A stretch of DNA of 64,000 nt from assembly GCA_020854065.1 (NCBI GenBank), contig JADZGF010000016.1, forward strand, positions 20,784-84,783, in the 5' to 3' direction. The DNA is from Candidatus Nomurabacteria bacterium. Its GTDB lineage: Bacteria; Patescibacteriota; Minisyncoccia; Phycocordibacterales; SBAW01. The notes under the pieces are model-generated. The model searched no databases. It was not told the origin of the DNA and saw nothing but the letters and a program-made list of their open reading frames with translations. Positions 10,020-19,812 of this stretch are shown here, one piece after another. The number at the start of each line of letters is the position of its first letter. The stretch's first letter is position 1. Made by a program: the position numbers and the translations under genes.

Positions 10020-13000
10020 CCTTCTTTTCTTTTCGAACGTCGAGCGACTTGAGTCCCGCTGCTGCCATAATCTCTTTCTGATATTTCTTAGCAACCTCCG
10101 CCAACTCATGAGGGACCACCAACTCGTATACTGGACGATCGGTAATGGTGAGTTTCATCGATTTACGCCATTCTTGTATGGCACGCACGAGCTCGCGCAC
10201 TTGTCCTTCTTCTTTTAACTCTTGGGTTAGCTCAGTATCGAGCACCACTTCGCTTCCCTCTTTTATTTCCTTTACATTGAGTTCTTCTGCCAAGATTGCG
10301 CGCAAATCAGGATCTGCAGGAATGTTTGGTGCACTAAAGCTCGCAAGCGGTTGGCGCACTTTAATATTTGCACGCTCACGCAGTTCAAGTCCTGCACTCG
10401 CAAGATCACGAATAGCTTGCATGTCAGTTAACAATTGCTCGTCAATAATGCCGCTCTCAGGCCACTCCGTAAGATGTACACTTTCTGCGTCATCGGCATT
10501 TTTAACTCGACGATATAGATCGTCAGCAAAGAATGGCATCACGGGCGCCATAGCTTTCGCTACGGTTATCAATACATGTCGCAAGGTTGCAACCGCATCG
10601 GTATTTTCTTTTTCTTTAAAACGATCACGTGAACGGCGCACATACCAGTTGGAAAGGTCTTCAATAAAGTCTAGAAGTGGTCGTGTTGCATTATCAAGTT
10701 CATACGCCTCATAGCCCAGAGTGGTGTCTTTAATAAATTGATTGAGTCGAGCGAGTATCCACCGATCAAGTGGGTGGACACTGTTCGTAGCAGCTTCGGT
10801 GCCATCGGCATAGAGATCATAAAAACTACGCACGTTATCAAGGCGCATCAGTACTTTTTTACTAACTTCATCCACTCCCTGCTCTTTGAAGCGAAGGTCC
10901 TCGCCTCGAATTACTGACGATGAAAGAAGGTAGTATCGCAATGCATCGGCACCATACTTATCAACCACATCCATAGGGTCGGGATAATTGCGTAAGCGTT
11001 TACTCATCTTTTGACCATCCGAGGCCAAGACCAGACCATTTACGATTACATTTTTATACGGTGTGCGATTAAAGAGCGCCGTTCCTAACACAATAAGTGA
11101 GTAGAACCACCCACGAGTTTGATCGAGTCCTTCGGCGATAAAGTCTGCGGGATACCCTTTGGCGCCAAATCCAAAGAAACGCTTCGGATTGAACGTATCT
11201 TTAACAAATGGGTAGTGGTTACTTGCAAACGGCATTGAGCCAGATTCGAACCAACAATCAAACACATCAGGAATGCGTTTCCACTCACCATCAAGCGAGT
11301 TGCCGGTGGGCACTTCATCAATGTATGGTCGATGCAGATCAAGATCATAGTCGCGATTATGCGGAAATAGCACAAATACCAATTCTTTTGGTTCGGCATT
11401 TCTGCGCAATACAAGTTTGTCTGCACTGCGATGTGGTATGCGCGCAGCAATTAAATCCATCATCCACAATGGATATCCATGACTTACGATCAAAATATTT
11501 TTACCCACATAACGACGCTCGATGTCGAACATAAACTCCCCTACTCGTCTGCGCACTTCAAGGCGGGCGCTGTCATCCTCTTTGTCGGTCTCACAAATAC
11601 GCTCATCCACCATTAGTGCCGAGTCGGATAACCCCAGTTCATTTTGGACAATACGCGCAGTTTCTTGGGCACGCACAAAAGGCGACGTGATGACAAGATC
11701 AATGTTTTCTTTTCTGAGATCTGCTGCTGCATGCGCCGCTTGTTTGCGCCCCCTTTCCGTCAAATGATTATCTGGGTCGCCCGTTAAATCGAGAACATTC
11801 GCAACATTATTTTGCGATTCTCCGTGCCGCATCACAAAGTAGCGATTGCCACTTCGGCGCACCATTGCGAGCAATTCGTTGACCGAGCCCACCACTCGCA
11901 CCTCTTTACTCTTGCTATGGCGCCATACTGGCAGTGGTGCACCCCAATAGCGACTGCGCGATATCGCCCAGTCGGGAGCAGATTCAAGTCCATTATTAAA
12001 ACGTCCTTTGCCTACATGCTCAGGCACCCATGTAATCGTGTTGTTTTGAGCAAGGAGTTTATCTTTAAGCGCAGAGACCTTCACAAACCAAGACGTTGCT
12101 GCCCAGTTGAGAAGCGGTGTATCGCACCGCCAACAATGCGGATAGCTGTGCGTGATTTTTTCTTTCTTAAACAAAAGACCACGCTCTTCAAGGTTTGCTG
12201 CGACCTTTTCATCAGTCTCGCGCGGATTACCTTTAGGCTTAACGGCAAGACCTTCAAAATCGGTAACGGTAGAGACAAACTTCCCCTCCTCATTTACATG
12301 ATGAACGAGTGGAATTTTGTGTGCCTGCGCAAGCGCAAGGTCATCAGCGCCAAAGGCCGGTGCAATATGCACGATGCCCGTGCCACTATCTAAAGTAACA
12401 AAGTCAGCCGCATAGATTTTCCATGCATGCGTCTTGTGCTTATGGAGTTCCCCTACAAAGTAATCAAAGGGTGGCAGATATTTTTTACCTACCAACTTTT
12501 TACCCTCAAACTCTTCAACTATCTCGCCATCGGGTGCAAGCGCCTTAGCGGCAATTACCATTCCTTGCGAGGTCTTAATTTTGACATACGTTGCATCAGC
12601 TTTTACTGCTGCAGCCGCGTTCCCTGGTAGGGTCCATGGTGTCGTGGTCCAGATAAGGAGCGATGTGTCAGGATCATCAACAAGCGGGAGTTTAACGGTG
12701 ACCGCTATATCATCGATATCTTTATAACCCTGAGCCACCTCAAAGTTTGAAAGTGTCGTGCCGCAGCGTGGACACAGATGCATAGCTTTGAAGCCTTCGT
12801 ATATAAGACTTTTCTCGTACAGACTCTTAAATGCCCACCATACGCTCTCGGTGTATGGCGTATCCATGGTCTTGTAGTCGTTATCCATGTCTGCCCAACG
12901 ACCAAGACGCGGAATGATGCGCTTCCAATCTGCGACATCTTTCATGATCGAGACACGGGCTGCCTCGTTAAACTTCTCTATGCCGTACTGCTCAATATCA

Positions 13001-13356
13001 CGTTTGCTCTTAAACCCAAGTTCTTTTTCAACCAAGTTTTCAACCGGAAGTCCGTGACAGTCCCATCCCCACTGTCGCGCAACATGATATCCCTGCATGG
13101 TTCGATACCGCGGAATCGCATCTTTAATAGTCGAAGCAAGAATGTGGCCGTAGTGTGGCAAACCGTTTGCAAACGGTGGGCCGTCATAAAAAACATACTC
13201 TCCTTTGGGTGATTCTTTCTGGAGAGACTTCTCAAAAATCCCCTCATTGTTCCAAAACGTTAAAATCCCCTCTTCGCGCTCTGCGAGGGGGCCTTTGGGC
13301 TTGTGTGTTTGAGCATGATGGAGCTCCTCTCCGCCCTGTTTCGGATCATCAACCAT
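10012..13356 (-). CDS. ileS: isoleucyl-tRNA synthetase, type 2, with an embedded histidine-phosphatase (PGAM-like) domain
   Basis: PPFANGLPHYGH HIGH motif (type-2 IleRS, not ValRS), CP1 editing domain, KMSKRL; about 150 aa RHGESQNN...TERGRKQA...ITSPFVRAQETA...IVSHGYPLW inserted between WGAPLPVW and RIPDVFDCWFESG. Confidence 0.85.
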   Translation of the reverse strand: MVDDPKQGGEELHHAQTHKPKGPLAEREEGILTFWNNEGIFEKSLQKESPKGEYVFYDGPPFANGLPHYGHILASTIKDAIPRYRTMQGYHVARQWGWDCHGLPVENLVEKELGFKSKRDIEQYGIEKFNEAARVSIMKDVADWKRIIPRLGRWADMDNDYKTMDTPYTESVWWAFKSLYEKSLIYEGFKAMHLCPRCGTTLSNFEVAQGYKDIDDIAVTVKLPLVDDPDTSLLIWTTTPWTLPGNAAAAVKADATYVKIKTSQGMVIAAKALAPDGEIVEEFEGKKLVGKKYLPPFDYFVGELHKHKTHAWKIYAADFVTLDSGTGIVHIAPAFGADDLALAQAHKIPLVHHVNEEGKFVSTVTDFEGLAVKPKGNPRETDEKVAANLEERGLLFKKEKITHSYPHCWRCDTPLLNWAATSWFVKVSALKDKLLAQNNTITWVPEHVGKGRFNNGLESAPDWAISRSRYWGAPLPVWRHSKSKEVRVVGSVNELLAMVRRSGNRYFVMRHGESQNNVANVLDLTGDPDNHLTERGRKQAAHAAADLRKENIDLVITSPFVRAQETARIVQNELGLSDSALMVDERICETDKEDDSARLEVRRRVGEFMFDIERRYVGKNILIVSHGYPLWMMDLIAARIPHRSADKLVLRRNAEPKELVFVLFPHNRDYDLDLHRPYIDEVPTGNSLDGEWKRIPDVFDCWFESGSMPFASNHYPFVKDTFNPKRFFGFGAKGYPADFIAEGLDQTRGWFYSLIVLGTALFNRTPYKNVIVNGLVLASDGQKMSKRLRNYPDPMDVVDKYGADALRYYLLSSSVIRGEDLRFKEQGVDEVSKKVLMRLDNVRSFYDLYADGTEAATNSVHPLDRWILARLNQFIKDTTLGYEAYELDNATRPLLDFIEDLSNWYVRRSRDRFKEKENTDAVATLRHVLITVAKAMAPVMPFFADDLYRRVKNADDAESVHLTEWPESGIIDEQLLTDMQAIRDLASAGLELRERANIKVRQPLASFSAPNIPADPDLRAILAEELNVKEIKEGSEVVLDTELTQELKEEGQVRELVRAIQEWRKSMKLTITDRPVYELVVPHELAEVAKKYQKEIMAAAGLKSLDVRKEKKDA

Positions 13357-13392
13357 ATTGAAAAACTATAACAAAATTAAGGCGATATTGCC

Positions 13393-13932
13393 TTATGGTC
13401 GTTCAGCTATAAATTGCGATACTTTTTCAAGCGCAATTTTGCGCATAGAAGTTGCGTGTTTATCATCGTCAGACATCTCGGCCCAGGTTTTTTCATACCC
13501 GTCCGGAATAAAAATCGGATCCCACCCAAAACCCATCTCACCACGAGGCGACGGAGCAATAGTGCCCTTTTTCGAGCCGCTAAACGTATGAACGCCTGTT
13601 TCATCACAGATAGCAAACATCACTTCAGCATGGGCCACTCGATTTTCTTTAACTAATTTACAAAGCCCTTCATTCCCAAGAGTCTCTAAAAACCATTTAA
13701 TAAGCGGTCCCGGTAGCGCTTTGAGTTCTTCAAAAACAAGCGAAACATCTTCCACCAACACAGGGGTCTTTACTATCTCATATGCTCGACGCGCTTTGTC
13801 TTCAACTACCTCCTTAAGATCGAGAGATTGAATTTCAATAAGATCGAGCTTTTTGTGCTCGACCGGCATATGAAAGTAGTCGCTTAAATATTTTGCCTTT
13901 CCCGCATTACCTGTAATGAAAGTTAATTTCAT
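13393..13932 (-). CDS. rdgB: non-canonical purine NTP pyrophosphatase (RdgB/HAM1)
   Basis: ITGNAGK...FGWDPIFIP motifs. Confidence 0.85.
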   Translation of the reverse strand: MKLTFITGNAGKAKYLSDYFHMPVEHKKLDLIEIQSLDLKEVVEDKARRAYEIVKTPVLVEDVSLVFEELKALPGPLIKWFLETLGNEGLCKLVKENRVAHAEVMFAICDETGVHTFSGSKKGTIAPSPRGEMGFGWDPIFIPDGYEKTWAEMSDDDKHATSMRKIALEKVSQFIAERP

Positions 13933-14345
13933 AACTCTTTTTTAATATTTATAAAAAAATCTTTATCCTTGTTATGCGTAAGTGGGCCTTCTACTTCTTC
14001 GACATTTACCCAACGGGCTTCTGGATTATGAACATCAACAGGCGCGAGCGTTTCCTCTTTTGTGCGAAAGAGAAACATCGTCATATTTTTTAGTTCTGTA
14101 AGATCGTCCTTTCCATCAAGACCAATCCGGTACCGCGAGTATGTGCCTAGATCTTTAACATACTCAAGATTACTGATTCCTGATTCTTCATATATCTCGC
14201 GTTTTGCCGCTGTTAACGCATCCTCTCCCTCGTCTATGTGTCCTTTTGGTAATGACCACGACCTTCCACCCTGACTCACAACCAACACTTCTCCTTGTTT
14301 GTTGAGAACTACTCCACCAGCACTGTTAGTCTTGCGAGTCTCCAT
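13929..14345 (-). CDS. NUDIX hydrolase
   Basis: Nudix box GHIDEGEDALTAAKREIYEESG; start at METRKT, which gives a 5-nt gap to the end of argS (14350). Confidence 0.7.
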   Translation of the reverse strand: METRKTNSAGGVVLNKQGEVLVVSQGGRSWSLPKGHIDEGEDALTAAKREIYEESGISNLEYVKDLGTYSRYRIGLDGKDDLTELKNMTMFLFRTKEETLAPVDVHNPEARWVNVEEVEGPLTHNKDKDFFINIKKEL

Positions 14346-14349
14346 TAGA

Positions 14350-15903
14350 TTACATCTCCTTGGGCACCGGAATACCCAAAACAGTGAGGCCATCGTGCAA
14401 GGTTTTGATAGTGGCGTATGCGAGCCACACGCCATAGCGCGGATTCGCCCCACCAATAACACGGTTGGCGGCATACCAGGAGTTAAATGCGCCTGCGAGC
14501 TCGGTTAAATAGGTGGTGATGTAGTGTGGTTCCATCTCACGAGCAGCACGCGCCACCACGTCAGGATAGTGAATAAGTACGCGCTCGAGTACACTGGCAT
14601 GTTCGGGTATATCATCGGTACTTGGCTCAATACCTGCCTCTTTTGCTGCCTGCACTAAAGAATGTGCGCGGGTATGTGCATATTGCAGATACGGACCAGA
14701 ATCACCTTCAAGTGAAAGAGATTTTTCTGGATCAAAGATAATATCTTTGCTACTCCCTTGTTTGAGTACCGCATACTTAATTGCACCAACTGCAATCATC
14801 TCGGCAGTTTTCTCTGCCTCCGCAAGTTCTCGACCCTGCATTTTTTCTTTTGCAGCAGCGATGAGGTCATTAAGCAATGACTCTCCGGTGATAACATTGC
14901 CGGTACGCGAGGACATTTTCCCTTCTGCAAACCGCATCATGCCGTGCGAGCGATGCGTCAGCTTACCCGAAAGCTCAGGAAATACTTTCTGTATCGCATC
15001 AAAGACCACATCGAAAAAGCCGTTTTGCTCGTTGGCGGTCACCGTGAGATAGATATCAGACGGTACTTTTTCTTTTTTCAGCTTGGCTAACCCGAGCTCT
15101 TTTGCCTCATATGTCGGCAACTTTTTCTGAGTTACAAACACACGAGTATGAGCACCGTGGTATACGAGCGCTCCTTCGCTCTCTTGGAAAAGCTCGGGAT
15201 GCGCGCTGACTATTTCAAGTCCAATGAGGCCCGATTCGCTTTCAAAAAAGTAATGGTCGAATGTGGTACCTAGTTTTTTGTAGATTTCCTCAAAATGCGC
15301 AAGTGATTCTGCCCGCCCTTGGTCATACAGTGTGTTAACGGCGACATCAGAGCGCTCATACACTTTTTTATTAATCTCGTCTATCTCATCTTTATGTGCA
15401 TCGTATTGTGCAGCACCGTACACATACGCTTCGCCCCAAGAGCTTTCTGGCTTTTGCATCTTCCCCCAGATAGCCTTTGCAACATGGGGGCCAACATCGC
15501 CTTGATAGTTAGCACGTACAACGGTAGCTCCTGACACCTCAAGAACACGAGCAATCGCCTCGCCCACCGCATTACTCATGAGGTGTCCAATATGGAATTC
15601 TTTAAACGGATTAGGGTCAGTGTACTCAGCAAGTATTTTCTTACCTGCGTACTGTGCGGGTATTTCTGCCGGTTGTGGCACCAAACTCTTACGCGACACG
15701 TGGAAGTTAATAAACTTCCCTACCACTTCTATCTTTTCAATCCCTTCAATGGAGAGTTTTGCGGCAAGTTCCTGTGCATCGAGTTTGTTCACGAGTGCAG
15801 CGTTGGTCGAATAGTCGCCATGACTTAAATCGCGTGGGCGCTCAACTACAAAGTTGGCTGCTCCTGCATCACGCAACGCCTGCTCTATCCTCTCTCGAAT
15901 CAT
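14350..15903 (-). CDS. argS: arginyl-tRNA synthetase
   Basis: HIGH (FHIGHLMSNAVGE), class I fold, DALR anticodon-binding domain. Confidence 0.9.
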   Translation of the reverse strand: MIRERIEQALRDAGAANFVVERPRDLSHGDYSTNAALVNKLDAQELAAKLSIEGIEKIEVVGKFINFHVSRKSLVPQPAEIPAQYAGKKILAEYTDPNPFKEFHIGHLMSNAVGEAIARVLEVSGATVVRANYQGDVGPHVAKAIWGKMQKPESSWGEAYVYGAAQYDAHKDEIDEINKKVYERSDVAVNTLYDQGRAESLAHFEEIYKKLGTTFDHYFFESESGLIGLEIVSAHPELFQESEGALVYHGAHTRVFVTQKKLPTYEAKELGLAKLKKEKVPSDIYLTVTANEQNGFFDVVFDAIQKVFPELSGKLTHRSHGMMRFAEGKMSSRTGNVITGESLLNDLIAAAKEKMQGRELAEAEKTAEMIAVGAIKYAVLKQGSSKDIIFDPEKSLSLEGDSGPYLQYAHTRAHSLVQAAKEAGIEPSTDDIPEHASVLERVLIHYPDVVARAAREMEPHYITTYLTELAGAFNSWYAANRVIGGANPRYGVWLAYATIKTLHDGLTVLGIPVPKEM

Positions 15904-15920
15904 GAATTTTAGACTACCAC

Positions 15921-17015
15921 TTAGAGCGTCTTCTGGCTAAGTGGCGCTGTGACTGAAGCAGGAGTGGCGGTAAAGCCAACACGGCCAATGAGTTGACCTT
16001 GTGCGGTCTCAACCGAGCAGCGCCACTCTCCTGGGGTAAGCAGAGAGACACGGCTAAAACCGCGGTACCCACCGTCACGCCCTCCTGCTATAGGGAACGA
16101 TATACGTGACTGGGTGCGCCACTCTCGTGTACTTTCGTCATACTTCTCCCACTTGTGATAAATAGGGGCTTCGAGATTAGTCGGTGCAAAGACCGAAGAG
16201 AAACAAAATGCTTCCCTCCCCCCTGCCCCATCACCAATGGTGTAGGTACTTGCAGAGCTTCGATAGAATTCCCACCACGGCTCTCTTTCATAGAGCACCA
16301 CATAATCTCCATCTGAACGTTTCAATACCGAATGATAGACACCGATCGTTTTAAGCGAGAGCGGTACCGGCGGAATAACGTTAATGAAATACAGTAAGTT
16401 AAAACAGATAAAGATAAGCCCCACGATACCGCTCACTATCTGGAGACCTTCAAAGTCTTTGCCGCGGAACACGAGGAAAAAAAGTGCGGTAAGGAAGATG
16501 GCGATAAACACCAAGCTTGTGAGCCCCGAGAGTATAAAGGGCCACAGTCCGATCGATTTGGTGATAAACGTCGGGACCGCAATAACGCAATACGATAAAA
16601 GCAAAAAGTAATACACGCCCACATTAAACCGAAGCAGTGAGTACCGATTGCGCAGATATTCATTTCCCAAAATAAGTGCGACCAGCATCGCGAGAAACAC
16701 TGCACTTCCCGCCAAGGTACCCGAGCGCCCATAGAGCACCAACAAGTTACTTGCCAGACCACCGAAACAGAATTGCAAAATAAGGAGCATAAAGAACGGC
16801 TCCACGTCTTGTCGGCGACGTTTTTGGATGTTGAGAAGAATGATGAACGCTCCTGCAACAATGAGATAAAAGAGGAGAAGGAGATTATTAAAAACGCTAT
16901 CAGGTCGGTCAGCAATTATAAGGTCAAAGAAAAAGCCGGCAGCTAATGCGCCAAGACCGATATGGTGCTCGTAGCGCTCCCAGAATTTGAAGAGCTTGGT
17001 GGAGCGGATATCCAT
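15921..17015 (-). CDS. polytopic membrane protein with C-terminal soluble domain, unknown function
   Basis: 364 aa; 6-7 TM helices then ~150-aa hydrophilic domain. Confidence 0.4.
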   Translation of the reverse strand: MDIRSTKLFKFWERYEHHIGLGALAAGFFFDLIIADRPDSVFNNLLLLFYLIVAGAFIILLNIQKRRRQDVEPFFMLLILQFCFGGLASNLLVLYGRSGTLAGSAVFLAMLVALILGNEYLRNRYSLLRFNVGVYYFLLLSYCVIAVPTFITKSIGLWPFILSGLTSLVFIAIFLTALFFLVFRGKDFEGLQIVSGIVGLIFICFNLLYFINVIPPVPLSLKTIGVYHSVLKRSDGDYVVLYEREPWWEFYRSSASTYTIGDGAGGREAFCFSSVFAPTNLEAPIYHKWEKYDESTREWRTQSRISFPIAGGRDGGYRGFSRVSLLTPGEWRCSVETAQGQLIGRVGFTATPASVTAPLSQKTL

Positions 17016-17022
17016 ACCTCTA

Positions 17023-18315
17023 TTATACGAAGCTCTCAGGGATAGGATGTGCTACAGCAATTTCCTTCACCTCTTTTGCAATAGCCTCGAGCCGACTGAG
17101 ATCTTGTCGATATTCAAGTGCATCGAGCATGAGTGTTGCAACACGCGCACATTCTGGCTCTTTGAGACCTCGTGTAGTCATCGCAGGCGTACCAAAACGG
17201 ATACCAGAGGGATCCATGGGAGAGCGCTCATCGTCAGCGATGACATTTTTATTGAGCGTAATCCCTACCCTATCCAAAATCTCCTCAGCCTCTTTACCAC
17301 TAACACCAAATTGCGTTACATCTGCAAGAATTAAGTGATTGCTTGTACCGCCACCGATCATGCGCACCTTGCGCTCTGCAAACACTTCTTCCATCGACTT
17401 TGCGTTTTTAAGTATCTGCGCCGCATAGGTTTTAAAGTTTGGATGGAGTGCTTCGCCAAACGCAACCGCTTTCGCAGCAATCGTATGCATTAAGGGGCCA
17501 CCCTGAAGTCCTGGGAACACACTTTTATCTATTTTCTTCGCAATTTCCTCACTCTCACGCACAAGAATCAGTCCCCCACGTGGACCGCGCAATGTCTTAT
17601 GCGTCGTGCTCGTCATCACATCAAAACCAACATCGAAAGGGTTTTTATGCACGCCACCTGCGATAAGGCCAGCAATGTGTGCAATATCGGCTACCGCGTA
17701 TGCCCCCACCTCTTTAGCAATCGCAACAAACTTTTCATAGTCGAGTTCGCGGCTGTACGCGGAGAAACCAGCAAGAATAATTTTTGGTTTGTGTTCTCGT
17801 GCTAAAGCAGCCAGGGCATCGTAGTCAATTTCGCCAGTAGCACTGTCTTTCATTTTGTAGCGAACAAAGTTAAACAACTTCGCAACATGCGTAACCGGGT
17901 GCCCGTGCGTTAAGTGCCCCCCATGAGAGAGATCCATTCCGAGCACCGTGTCGCCTGGATGGAGCAGTGCAAAGTAAAGTGCAACATTGGCATCTGCACC
18001 TGAGTGCGGCTGTACATTGGCATACTGGGCATTAAAAAGTTTCTTCGCACGCTCACGTGCCAACTCCTCCACTGCGTCGGTGTACTCTTGCCCGCCGTAG
18101 TAGCGGTTGCCGGGGTAGCCTTCGGCATACTTATTCGTAAGGACGCTGGATTGTGCTTCGCGCACCGCGTGACTTACATAGTTCTCGCTTGGAATAAGCT
18201 CAAGGCCTTGGGCCTGTCGTGCCTCCTCCCCTACGAGCGTGTCGTATACCTCTTTGTCTTGTCTTTGCACAAATTCGTACATATCAGTAGGATGGGCCAA
18301 GACTCGCACAAACAC
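17023..18315 (-). CDS. glyA: serine hydroxymethyltransferase
   Basis: LELIPSENYVS, TSTTHKTLRGPRGG PLP-lysine motif; true start may be an internal Met (MYEFVQ). Confidence 0.9.
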   Translation of the reverse strand: MFVRVLAHPTDMYEFVQRQDKEVYDTLVGEEARQAQGLELIPSENYVSHAVREAQSSVLTNKYAEGYPGNRYYGGQEYTDAVEELARERAKKLFNAQYANVQPHSGADANVALYFALLHPGDTVLGMDLSHGGHLTHGHPVTHVAKLFNFVRYKMKDSATGEIDYDALAALAREHKPKIILAGFSAYSRELDYEKFVAIAKEVGAYAVADIAHIAGLIAGGVHKNPFDVGFDVMTSTTHKTLRGPRGGLILVRESEEIAKKIDKSVFPGLQGGPLMHTIAAKAVAFGEALHPNFKTYAAQILKNAKSMEEVFAERKVRMIGGGTSNHLILADVTQFGVSGKEAEEILDRVGITLNKNVIADDERSPMDPSGIRFGTPAMTTRGLKEPECARVATLMLDALEYRQDLSRLEAIAKEVKEIAVAHPIPESFV

Positions 18316-18328
18316 AAGGGAGATACCC

Positions 18329-19213
18329 GTGCAGAATTTCTACAGACCGCTCTCCGAACGGACACCCGATACACAATACAGGGATAACCTGCAGCAAATT
18401 CTGACGAGCGGCAGGTTCATCAAGGAGACGCAACAAGGCAAAGGCGCTCTCACCTGTTTCGGCACCACACAGAGAATGGTCTTCGATCTGCGCAACGGCT
18501 TTCCTCTTATCACAAGTCGAAAGCTGGGGTTTCGGATGCCCATTCGCGAGATAACCGCATTCATGAACGGTGTGCGTGATATCGACGAACTGAGTAATGT
18601 TTGGGGCTGCAAGTTCTGGGACGACTACAAAGGCCGGGGCAAAGAGTTCGATATGGAACCGAACGATCTTGGCCCTGGTTCCTACGGAGCTGCATTCGCG
18701 GCATATCCTATGCCTGGCGGTGGTACCTGGAACCAGTTCGAGCATGTGGTGCGGCAAGTGCGCGAATTCCCATATTTGCGGACTATCCGTGTCACACCCT
18801 GGATCCCCTTCTACACTGCGCGCGGGCATCGCAAGGTAATCGTGGCTCCGTGCCACGGCGACCTGTTTTTCCGTGTGATCGACAACGAACTGCATATGGA
18901 GATGATTCAGCGGTCCTCCGACATGGCACTTGGCGTACCCAACAATACGGTGCAGTATGCAGCACTCCTTCTCATGCTCTGCCAAGTCACCGGACGAGAT
19001 CCTGGTTTGTTCATTCACACGCTCGTCGATGCTCATATCTACGAGGACCAGGTGCCGTACATGGAGGAGCTGGTGAAGCGCACGCCGCTGCCTTTCCCGA
19101 GCATGAAGGTCGATCCAAGTGTGACCGATCTTTTCAAGTTCCGGGCGGAACATTTTACTCTCTATGAGTATGAGGCCCATCCGGCGATGCCGGACATCCC
19201 TTACTCGCCCTAG
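18329..19213 (+). CDS. thyA: thymidylate synthase (ThyA) family enzyme, divergent
   Basis: PCH nucleophile motif (APCHGDLFF), QRSSDMALGVPNNTVQYAALL and DAHIY motifs; GTG start 7 nt after GGAGAT, chosen to avoid 77-nt overlap with glyA. Confidence 0.75.
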   Translation: MQNFYRPLSERTPDTQYRDNLQQILTSGRFIKETQQGKGALTCFGTTQRMVFDLRNGFPLITSRKLGFRMPIREITAFMNGVRDIDELSNVWGCKFWDDYKGRGKEFDMEPNDLGPGSYGAAFAAYPMPGGGTWNQFEHVVRQVREFPYLRTIRVTPWIPFYTARGHRKVIVAPCHGDLFFRVIDNELHMEMIQRSSDMALGVPNNTVQYAALLLMLCQVTGRDPGLFIHTLVDAHIYEDQVPYMEELVKRTPLPFPSMKVDPSVTDLFKFRAEHFTLYEYEAHPAMPDIPYSP

Positions 19214-19229
19214 CACTTCCTACACCTTC

Positions 19230-19260
19230 GAGCCGCCCCATAAGGGCGGCTCTTGTTTTT
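19230..19260. terminator. rho-independent terminator after thyA
   Basis: GAGCCGCCC-cataa-GGGCGGCTC followed by ttgttttt. Confidence 0.6.
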
Positions 19261-19306
19261 ATGCACAACTTTAAGATATGGTTTCTACGGAAAAGGAGCT
19301 TCAGAT

Positions 19307-19774
19307 ATGGCAGAGAAGAAAGTCGATACCGCGAACGCCGGTATGGTCGACCGAGATGGGTATAACAAGGTGCTGGAGAATATCGCAGAAGCTGGGTACT
19401 GCCCTTTCTGCGAAGAACACTTCCTCAAAAACCATACCCAACCGATCCTCCGTAAAGGAGAACATTGGCTGGTGACGGAAAACTTCCGACCATACGAAGG
19501 AAGTACCCACCACTTCCTGGTCGTGTGTCTCACTCATATCGAGCATATCGAAGACATGACCGCAGGGATGGTGCTCGAGGTATTCGAGCACTACAACTGG
19601 TTGTGCAAGGAGTACGGACTGACCGGAGCAACCTTACTCTTCCGTTCAGGAGACACCGATATGACTGGCGCCACTGTGAGACATCTGCACTATCAGGTCA
19701 TCGTCGGCATCAAGCGTCGCAGAAATGACAGCGAGGTTATTAAAGCAGTTGTTGGCTTTAAAGCCGACCGTTAA
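19307..19774 (+). CDS. HIT-superfamily protein of the GalT/Ap4A-phosphorylase branch (HxHxQ motif)
   Basis: CPFCEEH...VRHLHYQVIVG (H-x-H-x-Q); start at Met19 with AAAGGAG RBS, downstream of thyA terminator. Confidence 0.55.
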   Translation: MAEKKVDTANAGMVDRDGYNKVLENIAEAGYCPFCEEHFLKNHTQPILRKGEHWLVTENFRPYEGSTHHFLVVCLTHIEHIEDMTAGMVLEVFEHYNWLCKEYGLTGATLLFRSGDTDMTGATVRHLHYQVIVGIKRRRNDSEVIKAVVGFKADR

Positions 19775-19781
19775 TATAGGA

Positions 19782-19812
19782 ATCCCCCGGCCTCGTCATG
19801 AGGTCGGGGGAT
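19782..19812. terminator. bidirectional 13-bp hairpin between HIT-like gene and deaminase gene
   Basis: ATCCCCCGGCCTC-gtcat-GAGGTCGGGGGAT. Confidence 0.5.

Noticed and set aside
10012-13356. Track-style expectation that the 1114-aa synthetase is valyl-tRNA synthetase
   Set aside because: HIGH region is PPFANGLPHYGH and KMSKS is KMSKRL, diagnostic of type-2 IleRS; ValRS has PPNVTGSLHMGH.
18284-19216. 310-aa ORF on the minus strand covering the whole thyA region
   Set aside because: Antisense to a ThyA-family gene with clear catalytic motifs on the plus strand; Arg/His-rich low-complexity translation typical of a shadow ORF.
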